64,000 nt of DNA from Clostridiales bacterium Firm_08 (GTDB taxonomy: Bacteria > Bacillota > Clostridia > Oscillospirales > QAKW01), in the NCBI GenBank assembly GCA_001604045.1, contig LVAN01000022.1:1-64000 (forward strand), given 5' to 3'. Shown piece after piece: positions 17,304-27,246 of the stretch. The translations under genes and the position numbers were made by a program. The notes under the pieces are model-generated. The model was not told where the DNA came from, made no database searches, and saw nothing but the letters and a program-made list of their open reading frames with translations. Position 1 is the stretch's first letter. Each line of letters opens with the position of its first letter.

Positions 17304-18635
17304 TTACAGTTTATCGTTATCATCAAAAGGATCGCCGCATTGCGGACAGAATTTCGGCGGATTTTTCGGATCCTCCGGTTCCCACCCGCATTTATTGCAT
17401 TTGAAAGAAGGAGCGGCAGCCGGCTTGGGAGAACCGCATTCCGTACAGAATTTCCCGGTGTTGACCGCGCCGCATTTGCAGGTCCAGCCGCCCTGGGGCT
17501 TGGGAGCGCCGCACTCCGTGCAGAAGTTGCCGTACGCCTGCGCGCCGCATTTCTCGCATTTCCAACTGTCATGCGCGGGTTGAGGCGCGGGCTGATTTTG
17601 CTGACCCATCGCGAAAAGGTTCTGCGCGTTGCCGCCGGCATTCATCGCCATTCCCATCCCGACGAACGCGTTCATCGCGCCGCCTTCGTTGGCCGCCGCC
17701 GTACGCATGGCATCTGCCTGCGCGCCGACGATCGTCGCGCCCGCCATTGACGGATCCCGCATCATGCCGGCACGCTGCGCCTGTTTGATCATCTCGGCGT
17801 CTTCCTCCGGCAGATTGATCGGATTGAGCGCGATGGAAACAACACTGATGCCGCGCAGACCCGACCATTTGGAGGTCAGCGCGTCGTTCATCGCTTTTTC
17901 AAGATCGGAAACGTGAGAGACGATCTGATTGGGTCTGAGCTGCATATCACTGAGTTTCCCGAACGCGGGTTGAAGCGCGCTGACGAACTCCGTTTTGAGC
18001 TGCCCATCCAGCTCATCCCGTTTATACGCCTCTTCAACGTTGCCGCACACGTTGGTATAGAAAAGAAGCGGATCAGTGATCCTGTAAGAGTATATACCGC
18101 TGCAGCGGATGGACACGTCGACGTCCAGCCCGATATTACGATCCACGACACGGAACATAATGGGGTTTTGCGTTCCGAATTTGTTGTCGATCAACTCTTT
18201 CGTATTAAAATAATAGACTCTCTGGTCTTTCGCCGTGTCGCCGCCGAAGGTGAAACGCTTACCGATCGTCTGAAAAGTCTTTACGATGCTGTCACCGAGT
18301 TTACCGGCGAAAATGCTCGGTTCCGTCGAGGTATCATATACGAATTCACCGGGTTCGGCGCAGACCTCCACGATCTTGCCCTGATCGACGATCATCATGC
18401 ACTGTCCGTCTGCCACAGCGACAAGCGATCCGTTGGAAATGATATTGTCGCTTGCTTTCGTGTTGGAGGAGCGGGAGGAAGTCCTCTTCTGTCCTTTTAC
18501 AACGAGAACGTCTTTTTCAAGACTGTCACAATAGAAAAACTCTTTCCATTGATCCGCCATCGTGCCGCCGAGCGCACCGACACCTGCTTTTATAAGTCCC
18601 ATACTGTAAACCCCTTTCGAATTTTCGTCGAACAC
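17304..18635 (-). CDS. SPFH/Band-7 domain protein (YdjI-like, PF13421-type) with a Gln/Ala/Met-rich linker and three C-terminal zinc-ribbon modules.
   Basis: N-terminal SPFH-like region. C-terminal CEKCG...CTECG, CKCG...CTECG and CNKCG...CPQCG. Confidence 0.6.
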   Translation of the reverse strand: MFDENSKGVYSMGLIKAGVGALGGTMADQWKEFFYCDSLEKDVLVVKGQKRTSSRSSNTKASDNIISNGSLVAVADGQCMMIVDQGKIVEVCAEPGEFVYDTSTEPSIFAGKLGDSIVKTFQTIGKRFTFGGDTAKDQRVYYFNTKELIDNKFGTQNPIMFRVVDRNIGLDVDVSIRCSGIYSYRITDPLLFYTNVCGNVEEAYKRDELDGQLKTEFVSALQPAFGKLSDMQLRPNQIVSHVSDLEKAMNDALTSKWSGLRGISVVSIALNPINLPEEDAEMIKQAQRAGMMRDPSMAGATIVGAQADAMRTAAANEGGAMNAFVGMGMAMNAGGNAQNLFAMGQQNQPAPQPAHDSWKCEKCGAQAYGNFCTECGAPKPQGGWTCKCGAVNTGKFCTECGSPKPAAAPSFKCNKCGWEPEDPKNPPKFCPQCGDPFDDNDKL

Positions 18636-18691
18636 CGTCGACGTTTATCATAAAAATTATACAATATCCGCCGGGCTTTGTCACTACATTT

Positions 18692-19501
18692 TTAAAAATT
18701 TTGTTTCTTTTTCAAAAGAAAAAACGCTCCCCACGAAAAAACGAACCCAAGAGCGGCAAGAAAAGCGCAAAGCGCCGCCTCATTCGTTCCCGGCAAGCCG
18801 GGATACATCTGTCCGACCGATGCCGCCGCAAATCCAAGCAGAACACTATTCACCCGTCCCGGATACCGCCTGAGAAGGAAGGAAAATCCACGCCCCAGCG
18901 CAATGGCCCAAAACGCCGTGCAAAATCCGAGCGGCGCCAGATATAGCAGATCAAAATGTGCTATGGCGTGCATCACGCGGTCATAATTTCCTATGATGAC
19001 CATCATCAGAGAAAGGCTGACGCCCGGAAGGATCACGGCGACCGCTGTCATAAGTCCCGCAAGCAATGTGACGCCGAAAGATGAAACGAGCCCGGCGCCG
19101 CTTTCAAAGATCCCTTTCGGTAAAAATCGCGTCAAAACGACGGCAAGCATCCCCGCCATGCACCATACCGGATGAAACGCTCTGCGTTCGGCGACTGCCA
19201 GAACAACGACGCCGCCCGATATCGTACCGATGAAAAACCAGGAAAGCTGGATAAAGCACACATCCGACAAAAGAGATATGATCCGCGCCGCGATCGTCAT
19301 CCCGCCGAAAACACCCAAAGCGACGCTCCCGAGCAGAGAAAAAGACTTTAAAGGAGTTTTGAAAACATCAGCGAGCGCGCCGATGAGCGGCGCGTAGATC
19401 CCGAGGATCACAGCAAGCGTCCCGCCGCTCACGCCGGGGATCGCCATCGCCAAACCGATCGCGAAACCGATCAAAGCGTTTCTGAAAAAACAAGTTTTCA
19501 T
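18692..19501 (-). CDS. Polytopic membrane protein, DUF368-like (uncertain).
   Basis: 8 or so TM helices, and a PGVSGGTLAV motif resembling the DUF368/COG2035 signature. Confidence 0.4.
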   Translation of the reverse strand: MKTCFFRNALIGFAIGLAMAIPGVSGGTLAVILGIYAPLIGALADVFKTPLKSFSLLGSVALGVFGGMTIAARIISLLSDVCFIQLSWFFIGTISGGVVVLAVAERRAFHPVWCMAGMLAVVLTRFLPKGIFESGAGLVSSFGVTLLAGLMTAVAVILPGVSLSLMMVIIGNYDRVMHAIAHFDLLYLAPLGFCTAFWAIALGRGFSFLLRRYPGRVNSVLLGFAAASVGQMYPGLPGTNEAALCAFLAALGFVFSWGAFFLLKKKQNF

Positions 19502-19564
19502 TCATTTATCACCTTTAAAACCTATGCCGGTCCGCCGGAAAATATATTATTTTCAAGGAAATGA

Positions 19565-19593
19565 TTGACATATTTTAAAGAAAAATATATAAT
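19565..19593 (+). promoter_or_regulatory. Consensus sigma-A promoter for secDF (TTGACA-17-TATAAT).
   Basis: TTGACA at 19565-19570, a 17-nt spacer, TATAAT at 19588-19593. RBS AGGAGG sits before the ATG at 19627. Confidence 0.65.
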
Positions 19594-19626
19594 AGATGGG
19601 TATCAAATTCAGCCAAGGAGGACATT

Positions 19627-20985
19627 ATGAAAAGACGTAAAGCATCCCCGGCAAGAAAAGCGGCATTCTTTATTATTCTTGCCATTATCGTTTGCCTCGT
19701 CACCGTTACCATCACCGGTTTGACACTCGGATCCGGCGTCGCCGTAAAATCCGCCAAGAACATTCGCACCGGTATTGATATCCGCGGCGGCGTGAACGCG
19801 ACGTTTGTTCCGGCGGACAGCACCATAACCCCCACCGAACAGCAGCTGGAATCCGCAAGGGCGATTTTTGAAACACGCCTGGATTCCGAAAATATTCTCG
19901 ATTACACCATCACGACCGACACGGACAACAAAGCGGTCATCGTGGAGTTCCCGTGGAAAGAGGATGAAAAAGATTACGATCCTCAGGCCGCTATCGACGA
20001 ACTCGGCGCCACCGCCAATCTGACATTCTGTTCGCTGGTCGAGGACGACGAAGGCAATCCTTTGGACGCCGACGGCAAAAAGATCACCGAAAGCGGCAAT
20101 GATCCCGCGCCGAAGGAAGTACTGCTTCAGGGCAACGACATCCAGTCCAGTTCTACCGACTATCAGGATGGAAAATACGTCGTCACCCTCTCTTTCACCG
20201 ACGAGGGGAAAGAAAAGTTCAAGCAGGCCACCACAACATATCTCAACGATTATATCGGAATTTATCTTGATGATCAGGCGATCAGCTGGCCGACCGTCAA
20301 CTCCACCATCGAGGACGGACAAGCCATCATCGAAGGCAGTTTCACGGCGGAGACCGCGAAATCCCTTTCCAGCAAGATCAACGCCGGCGCGCTTCCCTAC
20401 GCGATGACATCGTCCAACTACAACGCGGTAAGCGCCACGATGGGCACCAAGGCCTTGAAAGTCATGCTTATCGCAGGCCTGATCACGCTGATCCTTGTCT
20501 GTCTTTTTATGCTGATCGTGTACAGAATGCCGGGATTTGTGGCATGTCTCAACCTTTTGGCGCAGGTCAGCATCCAGCTCTTGCTTTTCGCCAATCTCGG
20601 ACTTACCATCACGCTTCCGGGCATTGCGGGTATCATCCTCGCGATCGGTATGTGCGTTGACTCCAACGTCATCATCGCCGAACGCATCCGTGAGGAACTC
20701 AGAAAAGGAAAATCTCTCATCGGTGCGATCGATACTGGTTATGGGCGTGCGCTTACCGCGATCGCGGACTGCAATATCACGACCGCGATCGTTGCCCTGC
20801 TACTGATCTTCTTCGGCACCGGCGCCGTTCTTTCCTTCGGCTACACGCTCCTGATCGGCATCGTTCTGAGCTTCCTGATCAGCGTTCTGGTATCGAAATG
20901 GATGATCAGATCCATCAGTTCTTACGGGATCTTTAAAAACCCGAAACTTTACGGTTACAAAGAGGAGGTAGGGAAAAATGATTAA
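19627..20985 (+). CDS. secD: Protein translocase subunit SecD.
   Basis: N-terminal TM, a periplasmic domain, and C-terminal 6 TM with IAERIREEL... / GYGRALTAIADCNITT motifs. Confidence 0.9.
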   Translation: MKRRKASPARKAAFFIILAIIVCLVTVTITGLTLGSGVAVKSAKNIRTGIDIRGGVNATFVPADSTITPTEQQLESARAIFETRLDSENILDYTITTDTDNKAVIVEFPWKEDEKDYDPQAAIDELGATANLTFCSLVEDDEGNPLDADGKKITESGNDPAPKEVLLQGNDIQSSSTDYQDGKYVVTLSFTDEGKEKFKQATTTYLNDYIGIYLDDQAISWPTVNSTIEDGQAIIEGSFTAETAKSLSSKINAGALPYAMTSSNYNAVSATMGTKALKVMLIAGLITLILVCLFMLIVYRMPGFVACLNLLAQVSIQLLLFANLGLTITLPGIAGIILAIGMCVDSNVIIAERIREELRKGKSLIGAIDTGYGRALTAIADCNITTAIVALLLIFFGTGAVLSFGYTLLIGIVLSFLISVLVSKWMIRSISSYGIFKNPKLYGYKEEVGKND

Positions 20986-21886
20986 GTTTTATGAAAATCG
21001 GAAATGGTTCTTTATCAACTCCCTGGCTCTGTTCGTGATCGGCATCGCATTCATTTTTATCAACGGCGTCCATATGGACATCCAGTTCACCGGCGGCACC
21101 AAGATCACCTACAATTTCTCCGGCGATCTTGACGTAGACGCGGCGAAAAACGAAATTCAAACCGTCACGAAACGTGTCGTCAGCACACAAAAATCCACCG
21201 GGTCGGCAGATGGAAGCAGCGCGCTTATCGTAAGCCTGTCCGGAAGAGAAAGCCTCTCCACCGAGGAATTGGAAGCGATCGATAAGGTCGTACTCGAAAA
21301 GTACAAAGACAATCAGATCACCCGCGCCTCTACGACCAACGTTGAGCCATACATCGGCGCGAGATTTTTAAGAAAAGGCATCACCGCCATCGTTCTCGCG
21401 ATCATTCTGATCACGATCTTTGTGACCATTCGGTTTAAATTGATCTCCGGCTTTTCCGCCGCGCTCACTGCGCTGATCGCGCTATTCCACGACGTTCTGA
21501 TCGTTTTCTTTGTATTCGTTGTCGTCGGAATCCCGCTGAATGACGGTTTCATCGCAGTTGTTTTGACCATCCTCGGATATTCTGTCAACGATACGCTTGT
21601 CATTTACGACCGTATTCGTGAAAACAAAAGAATGTACGGCGATAAACTCACGCTGCCGGAACTTATCAACAAATCCTTAAGTCAATCCATGCGGCGCTGT
21701 ATCAACACTTCTGTTCTCACGTTCACGGCAATGTTCCTTGTATTCCTGTTCGCGCTGATCAACAACATCTCCTCTGTCGTGAATTTTGCGCTGCCGCTGA
21801 TGCTCGGCATCCTGTCCGGCACGTATTCCAGCCTTTGCATCGCCCCGACGATCTGGGTCTCCCTGCAAGGCAAAAAGGCAAAATAA
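20978..21886 (+). CDS. secF: Protein translocase subunit SecF.
   Basis: GIDFTGGT-like motif (DIQFTGGTKI), 6 TM, and an 8-nt overlap with secD. Confidence 0.9.
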   Translation: MIKFYENRKWFFINSLALFVIGIAFIFINGVHMDIQFTGGTKITYNFSGDLDVDAAKNEIQTVTKRVVSTQKSTGSADGSSALIVSLSGRESLSTEELEAIDKVVLEKYKDNQITRASTTNVEPYIGARFLRKGITAIVLAIILITIFVTIRFKLISGFSAALTALIALFHDVLIVFFVFVVVGIPLNDGFIAVVLTILGYSVNDTLVIYDRIRENKRMYGDKLTLPELINKSLSQSMRRCINTSVLTFTAMFLVFLFALINNISSVVNFALPLMLGILSGTYSSLCIAPTIWVSLQGKKAK

Positions 21887-21902
21887 AGATCATATCACAA
21901 AA

Positions 21903-21937
21903 AATAACCGATGCAAGAATGCATCGGTTATTTTTTG
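21903..21937. terminator. Bidirectional terminator between secF (+) and ctpA (-).
   Basis: aaccgatgcaagaatgcatcggtt with a flanking A-run and T-run. Confidence 0.75.
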
Positions 21938-21951
21938 TCGTAAAAAAAGGC

Positions 21952-23121
21952 TTAAAACAGTTTGATCGCCTGTTGGAGCTGGACATCATCTGACTCGCTG
22001 AGTTGATAGAAGTTTTCAAGGTCAGCGTCTGCCATTTTTACACTGATATCCGGTTTCACGCCGATATCCTCAAAACTCTTTCCGCTTGTCGGAAAGAATT
22101 TTTGTGTCGACAGGTATACCGCCGTCTGGTCTCCGAGCGGGACGATCTGCTGCGCGACCGCTTTGCCGGCAGTCGTCTCTCCTATAAGTTTCCCTTTGCC
22201 AAAATCTCTGATATCCGCCGCAAAAAGTTCAGCGGCGCCGTAGGTATTTCCATTGATCAAAACACACATCGGAAGAGAGATCTGCGAGGAATCAGACACA
22301 ACAGGATCACTCTTACCGGTCGCTTTGTTTTCCGTCGTTACGATCGTGCCCTTCGGCAGGATCATATCCAGTACTGAGCAAACAGAGTCGATATCCCCGC
22401 CATCGTTATTCCGCAAATCAAAAATAAGAGACGTAACGCCTTCATTCTGCAGCGCGGCAAACTCTTTTTTGAACTGCTTCAGCGTATTGGCGTCGAACGA
22501 TTCAAAACGGATCCATCCGATCTTTCCATTCAAAACCTTAGAGGAAACCGTTACAGTCGTGTATTCGGAATACAATACTTCTTTTTCCAGCGTCTCATCG
22601 CCCCGGTAAATAGAAAGGACTGTGGAAGTGCCTGCCTTACCGTTGAGCAGCGTGCTCGCCTCGGCTTCAGACATGGACACGACATCTTTGCCGTCTATCT
22701 TATAGATCATATCGCCGGGTTTGACGCCGACATTATACGCGGAGGACGCCTTGTTGACCTTAACGACCTTCATATATCCGGTACTTGAAACATATTTGAC
22801 GGTAACGCCAAGTCCGGCGCTTTTCCCGTTCAGGCGATCACGATAGAGTTGATAGGCGTTGGCGTCCATATATTTTCCGTATTTATCGACAGAGGCGACA
22901 TAAGCGGAAATAACGCCGTCCAGCGCTTCATCCTGGTGATACTCGTTGATATAGCGGGACGCGACGATCTGATCCACCTGACTGAGTTTTGAGTATTTTT
23001 CAGAGGTGGCAAACACCGTCGTCATTTTGGAAGTCAGATAGGTATACGTGATCAGACACGCAAGAATGGTACACGCCATCATCAGAAAAACAGCGGTTCC
23101 GATCTCAATTTTTCGTTTCAT
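21952..23121 (-). CDS. S41-family carboxyl-terminal processing protease (CtpA-like) with a PDZ domain.
   Basis: N-terminal TM, PDZ region (GDMIYKIDGKDV), catalytic region LIFDLRNNDGGD ... K. Confidence 0.85.
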   Translation of the reverse strand: MKRKIEIGTAVFLMMACTILACLITYTYLTSKMTTVFATSEKYSKLSQVDQIVASRYINEYHQDEALDGVISAYVASVDKYGKYMDANAYQLYRDRLNGKSAGLGVTVKYVSSTGYMKVVKVNKASSAYNVGVKPGDMIYKIDGKDVVSMSEAEASTLLNGKAGTSTVLSIYRGDETLEKEVLYSEYTTVTVSSKVLNGKIGWIRFESFDANTLKQFKKEFAALQNEGVTSLIFDLRNNDGGDIDSVCSVLDMILPKGTIVTTENKATGKSDPVVSDSSQISLPMCVLINGNTYGAAELFAADIRDFGKGKLIGETTAGKAVAQQIVPLGDQTAVYLSTQKFFPTSGKSFEDIGVKPDISVKMADADLENFYQLSESDDVQLQQAIKLF

Positions 23122-23139
23122 ATACAGATATTCCTCACA

Positions 23140-24372
23140 TCAATAATAGATAAAGTTTATATAAGACGAGAAATACGGAACAGGATCGACATACTCGCCG
23201 TCCAGCATAATTTCAAAATGAAGGTGCGCGCCGGTCGAATTACCGCTGGATCCGACATAGCCGATCACCTGTCCCTGCTGTACAGAGGAATCAGCGGAAG
23301 TCGCGAGCGAACTCATATGTCCGTAAAGCGTAGCGGAGCCGTCCCCATGGTTGATGACAACATAATTGCCGTATGCGGAGTGGTATCCCGCCTTGGAGAC
23401 GATACCATTTTTAGAAGCATACACAGGCGCGCCGTAAATGCCGCTGCCGGTGAAATCACAGCCTGTATGCATTTTATAAACACCGGTGATCGGATGCGTG
23501 CGGTATCCGAACGGATCGGTGATGATCTTCCATTTGGAATCAAGCGGGTATTGGAACGATCCTGAGATGACGATGGACGGTTCTTCCCCATTTTTCTGCC
23601 GTTCCGCCGCCTTTCTGTTTTCCTCCGCGATCTGGCGTTGGATCTGTTGGCGCAGTTCAGCTTCCTGACGTTCCATTTCCTCGATCTGCGCGATGAGGGA
23701 ATCGGATTTCATATCAAAAGATTGCACCAGTTTTTCACTGGCTTTCTGTTTGCCGGCAAGAGAGGATCTCTGCTCCTTCAGCGCCTCTGTGGCTTCCTCC
23801 TGCTGCTGTTGCCGGTCAGCGATCGTTTGGCGGGACGCTTCGATCTGCGCCTTACTCTCGCTGAGCTGTTTGATGACCGCCCTGTCGTAGGCAAGGATCT
23901 CCCTTACGACCTCCAGCCGCATAATAAAATCCGTAATGCTTTTCGCGGACATTATGATCTGAAGGTACGAAACAGAACCGGACTCGTAGGAAGCGCGGAT
24001 CCTGCTCTTAGACGCCTTGAACGCCTCCTTATAAGCGGCCGTTGCCGCGTCAAGTTTATCAGTTGCCTGTTCAAGCTCATCGTCCAGAATATCAAGTTTT
24101 TTCTGTTCGAGATCCACCTGCTGCTGGATCGCGGTGATCTGCTGATCCAGGATGGTCTTTTTCTCAAGTTCAGAATCGCGCTTATCCTCGATCTTATTGA
24201 GTTCCTTCTCCAGACGCTCCCGTTCCTCCTGCAGATCAGAGAGATCGCCGTTCAGATCCTCCGTCGTTGTAGCGTTTACGGGATATGCGACATAAGATAT
24301 CAGGCCCAAAAACATCAAAACGATCAGCGCAAGCGCGATTCGGGCGGCAATTCCTTTTTTCATAACTACCAT
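23140..24372 (-). CDS. Coiled-coil M23 peptidoglycan endopeptidase (EnvC/PcsB-like), the probable FtsEX partner.
   Basis: About 260 aa of heptad/coiled-coil, then an M23 domain (HTGCDF...GHMSSL...GAHLHFEI). Confidence 0.85.
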   Translation of the reverse strand: MVVMKKGIAARIALALIVLMFLGLISYVAYPVNATTTEDLNGDLSDLQEERERLEKELNKIEDKRDSELEKKTILDQQITAIQQQVDLEQKKLDILDDELEQATDKLDAATAAYKEAFKASKSRIRASYESGSVSYLQIIMSAKSITDFIMRLEVVREILAYDRAVIKQLSESKAQIEASRQTIADRQQQQEEATEALKEQRSSLAGKQKASEKLVQSFDMKSDSLIAQIEEMERQEAELRQQIQRQIAEENRKAAERQKNGEEPSIVISGSFQYPLDSKWKIITDPFGYRTHPITGVYKMHTGCDFTGSGIYGAPVYASKNGIVSKAGYHSAYGNYVVINHGDGSATLYGHMSSLATSADSSVQQGQVIGYVGSSGNSTGAHLHFEIMLDGEYVDPVPYFSSYINFIYY

Positions 24373-24381
24373 CCTTCCCGA

Positions 24382-25272
24382 TCATGCATCAAGATATTTC
24401 CGTATGGACGCGGCGCTGCCAAAGCCGCCGACGATCACGCCGATCCCGACAAAAATAGCGGCAATGCCCGGATACAACTGAGAAAACGGTACAAGGGAAA
24501 CGAAATTCAGCGCCGCGAAAAGACGTCCCATCACATAAGTGTAAATATACCATTGCAAGCCAAAACAGACGGCGGCGGAAAGAATGCCGATAAACAGACC
24601 TTCCAGCACAAAAGGCCAGCGAATAAAGCGATTGGTGGCGCCGATATATTTCATGATACTGATCTCATGCCGCCGGTTGTGCATGGCGATCTTGATAGTA
24701 TTGGAAATGATGAACAGGGAGACAACGCCGAGAATGATCATGATCCAGATGCCCAGGATCTGCACGACATTTCGCAGCGAGAGAAGGACGTTTACGATAT
24801 CCTGCGTGTCCCTGACATGATCGATCTCCTCCATACCGGATACCGTTTCAGATACTTTTTTGAAGTTATCGAGATCGGAGATGGTGATCACAAAGGAATT
24901 TCGAAGCGGGTTTTCCTCCCCGGAGAAAGCGTCAAGATAGGCGCCGTCCTCTCCAAGCTGCGCGCGGTAATCAAGAAGCGCCTGATCCTTTGTGACAAAA
25001 CGAATTTCGGCAACGCTGTCCAGCGCCTCGATCCTCGCTTTAAGGCTCTGATACTCCTCCTCGGGAACTTTCTCGTCAATAAACGCGACGATCTCATTTT
25101 GCTGTTCGATCTTTGCCATAAACGCGGAAACGTTCTGCGCAAACAGAAACGCCGTGCCGATGATCAGCATACACGCCACAAGCACCGACACGGATGCGGT
25201 CGTCATCATCAAATTTTTCCGCATTCCGTGGAAAGAGGATTTGATTATATACCCGATACTAGAACTCTTCAT
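24382..25272 (-). CDS. ftsX: Cell-division permease-like protein FtsX. The start is at MKSSSIGYIIKSSFHGMRKN, overlapping the ftsE stop.
   Basis: FtsX N-terminal ...RN motif, a large extracellular loop and 4 TM. The ATGA overlap suggests coupling with ftsE. Confidence 0.85.
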   Translation of the reverse strand: MKSSSIGYIIKSSFHGMRKNLMMTTASVSVLVACMLIIGTAFLFAQNVSAFMAKIEQQNEIVAFIDEKVPEEEYQSLKARIEALDSVAEIRFVTKDQALLDYRAQLGEDGAYLDAFSGEENPLRNSFVITISDLDNFKKVSETVSGMEEIDHVRDTQDIVNVLLSLRNVVQILGIWIMIILGVVSLFIISNTIKIAMHNRRHEISIMKYIGATNRFIRWPFVLEGLFIGILSAAVCFGLQWYIYTYVMGRLFAALNFVSLVPFSQLYPGIAAIFVGIGVIVGGFGSAASIRKYLDA

Positions 25273-25948
25273 GGATGATATACCCGCCCGTCTGATCACT
25301 GATGACCTTCCCGTCTTCCAGGGTGATCACTCTTTTGTTGAAAGTATTTACAAGATCCTTATCATGGGTCACGACGATAACAGTCGTCCCCATTTTGTTG
25401 ATCTCAGAGAGAAGCTCCATAATTTCCTTTGCCATCACAGGATCGACGTTGCCTGTGGGTTCGTCGGCGATTATGATCCGCGGATTGTTGACAAGCGCTC
25501 TTGCCAGCGCCGCCCTCTGCTGCTCACCGCCGGAAAGTTCCTTCGGATAGTTTTTGGCCTTATGGCTCAGTCGGACGATCCCCAGAACATAAGGGACTCT
25601 GCGGCGAATGACACGCCGCGACGTGCCGACGACGCGCAAGGGAAACGCGACATTCTCAAAAACCGTCATCGTCTCGATCAGGCGAAAGTCCTGGAACACG
25701 ACACCCATCGTACGACGCAGGAACGGGATCTTCCGTTTCCTCATTTTGTTGATATCAAAGCCGTTTACATTGATCTCGCCGTAGGTCGGCTTGTCCTCGT
25801 GCATCAGCATTTTGATGATCGTGCTCTTGCCGGCGCCGGAATGACCTACGACAAAGACAAATTCCCCGTCGTCGATCTTGAAAGATACGCCGTTGAGCGC
25901 GTTCGTGCCGTTCGGATATTTCTTATATACATCGTCAAATACGATCAT
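25259..25948 (-). CDS. ftsE: Cell-division ABC ATPase FtsE.
   Basis: Walker A GHSGAGKST, signature LSGGEQQRAALARAL, Walker B IIIADEPTGNVD. Confidence 0.9.
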   Translation of the reverse strand: MIVFDDVYKKYPNGTNALNGVSFKIDDGEFVFVVGHSGAGKSTIIKMLMHEDKPTYGEINVNGFDINKMRKRKIPFLRRTMGVVFQDFRLIETMTVFENVAFPLRVVGTSRRVIRRRVPYVLGIVRLSHKAKNYPKELSGGEQQRAALARALVNNPRIIIADEPTGNVDPVMAKEIMELLSEINKMGTTVIVVTHDKDLVNTFNKRVITLEDGKVISDQTGGYIIHEEF

Positions 25949-25960
25949 AACAAACGCCTC

Positions 25961-27046
25961 TTAAAATTTCGTAGGATTGGACACGAGATAACGTTTTACC
26001 ATCAGCGCCACTTTGAAAATGATGGCGTGATCGAAACGACGCAGGTCAAGGCCGGTGAGTTTGCGGATCTTTTCCAAACGGTAGACGAGCGTATTTCTGT
26101 GCACGAAGAGTTTTCGGGAAGTCTCGGAAACGTTCAGATTGTTTTCAAAGAATTTCTGGATGGTAAACAGCGTTTCGTAATCCAGTGACTCAATAGATCC
26201 CTTTTTGAAAACCTCCGACAAAAACATTTCGCAAAGCGTTGTCGGCAACTGATAGATCAGCCTGCCGATACCGAGATTATCGTAGGAAATGATAAATTTT
26301 TCGGTGTCGAACACCTTGCCGACTTCCAGCGCCACCTGCGCCTCTTTGAAAGTGCGGGGCAGATCCTTGACATTATCAACGATCGTGCCGATACCGATAT
26401 AGGATTTAAGATACAGTTCACTGCTCAATATGTCAATGATGCTTTTCGCGAGTTTTTCAAGGTCCTTGTTGTCGTTGGAACTTTTGACCTCCTTGACAAG
26501 CACAAGATCCGTTTCATTGACGTTAATGATAAAGTCTTTTTGTTTTTCCGGGAACAGCCCCTGCAAAATATCGAACGCGGAAACGTCGCTTTTGTCCGAA
26601 AGACGGATCAGCATCGCCACGCGGTATGCCTCCGTCTCAAAATGCAGTTCTTTCGATTTGATATAAATATCACCCGGCAGGATGTTATCCAGCAAAACGT
26701 TTTTGACAAAGTTGTTTTTATCGTATTTTTCATCAAAATACTGTTTGGTATTGGCGAGCGTGAGCGCGACGATGGAAACGAATTTTTCCGCCGCCGGATC
26801 TGTTCCTTCCACAAATGCCACATATTCCAGTCCCGATTTCGAATCAAGGGGCTTAAAGGTATATCCGCTGTCCGTAACGCACTCCATGGACGCTGTGATA
26901 GACGGGATCACATTCTCAAACACTTCCCCGATCTTGATCAGGTCACTGCAGGAAATAATGGAACCGTTTTCATCGATCACACCGACCACACGATCGATGG
27001 ATTCCTTGAGCTGATATACGATCCCCTGAAAAAACCTATTGGACAT
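25961..27046 (-). CDS. PucR/CdaR-family transcriptional regulator.
   Basis: C-terminal PucR-type HTH (ETSRKLFVHRNTLVYRLEKIRKLTGLDLRR). Confidence 0.7.
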   Translation of the reverse strand: MSNRFFQGIVYQLKESIDRVVGVIDENGSIISCSDLIKIGEVFENVIPSITASMECVTDSGYTFKPLDSKSGLEYVAFVEGTDPAAEKFVSIVALTLANTKQYFDEKYDKNNFVKNVLLDNILPGDIYIKSKELHFETEAYRVAMLIRLSDKSDVSAFDILQGLFPEKQKDFIINVNETDLVLVKEVKSSNDNKDLEKLAKSIIDILSSELYLKSYIGIGTIVDNVKDLPRTFKEAQVALEVGKVFDTEKFIISYDNLGIGRLIYQLPTTLCEMFLSEVFKKGSIESLDYETLFTIQKFFENNLNVSETSRKLFVHRNTLVYRLEKIRKLTGLDLRRFDHAIIFKVALMVKRYLVSNPTKF

Positions 27047-27246
27047 ACACCGGTCCTCCTAAGAATTAGAATATCTCTATTCTACACCATTCCTCGCACA
27101 ATTTCAACAACTTTTTTGATAATTTTTGTTAATTTTGCATAACAAACATTATAAAAACAAAACAATGCCGCCTGTTTTTGTATATTTTCACAAAAACGCC
27201 GCACTGTTTCGTTCAAAACGGTTCGTAAAGGCAACAAACACACGGT

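Noticed and set aside
17270-17916. Several Pro/Ala/Arg-rich overlapping ORFs on both strands
   Set aside because: They are shadows of the Cys/Gly/Pro-rich zinc-ribbon tail of the SPFH protein and are mutually overlapping in different frames.
23638-25278. 546-aa plus-strand ORF
   Set aside because: It is antisense to the well-supported M23 peptidase and ftsX genes. It is Arg/Leu-rich with no domain signatures, a typical shadow ORF in a GC-rich coding region.
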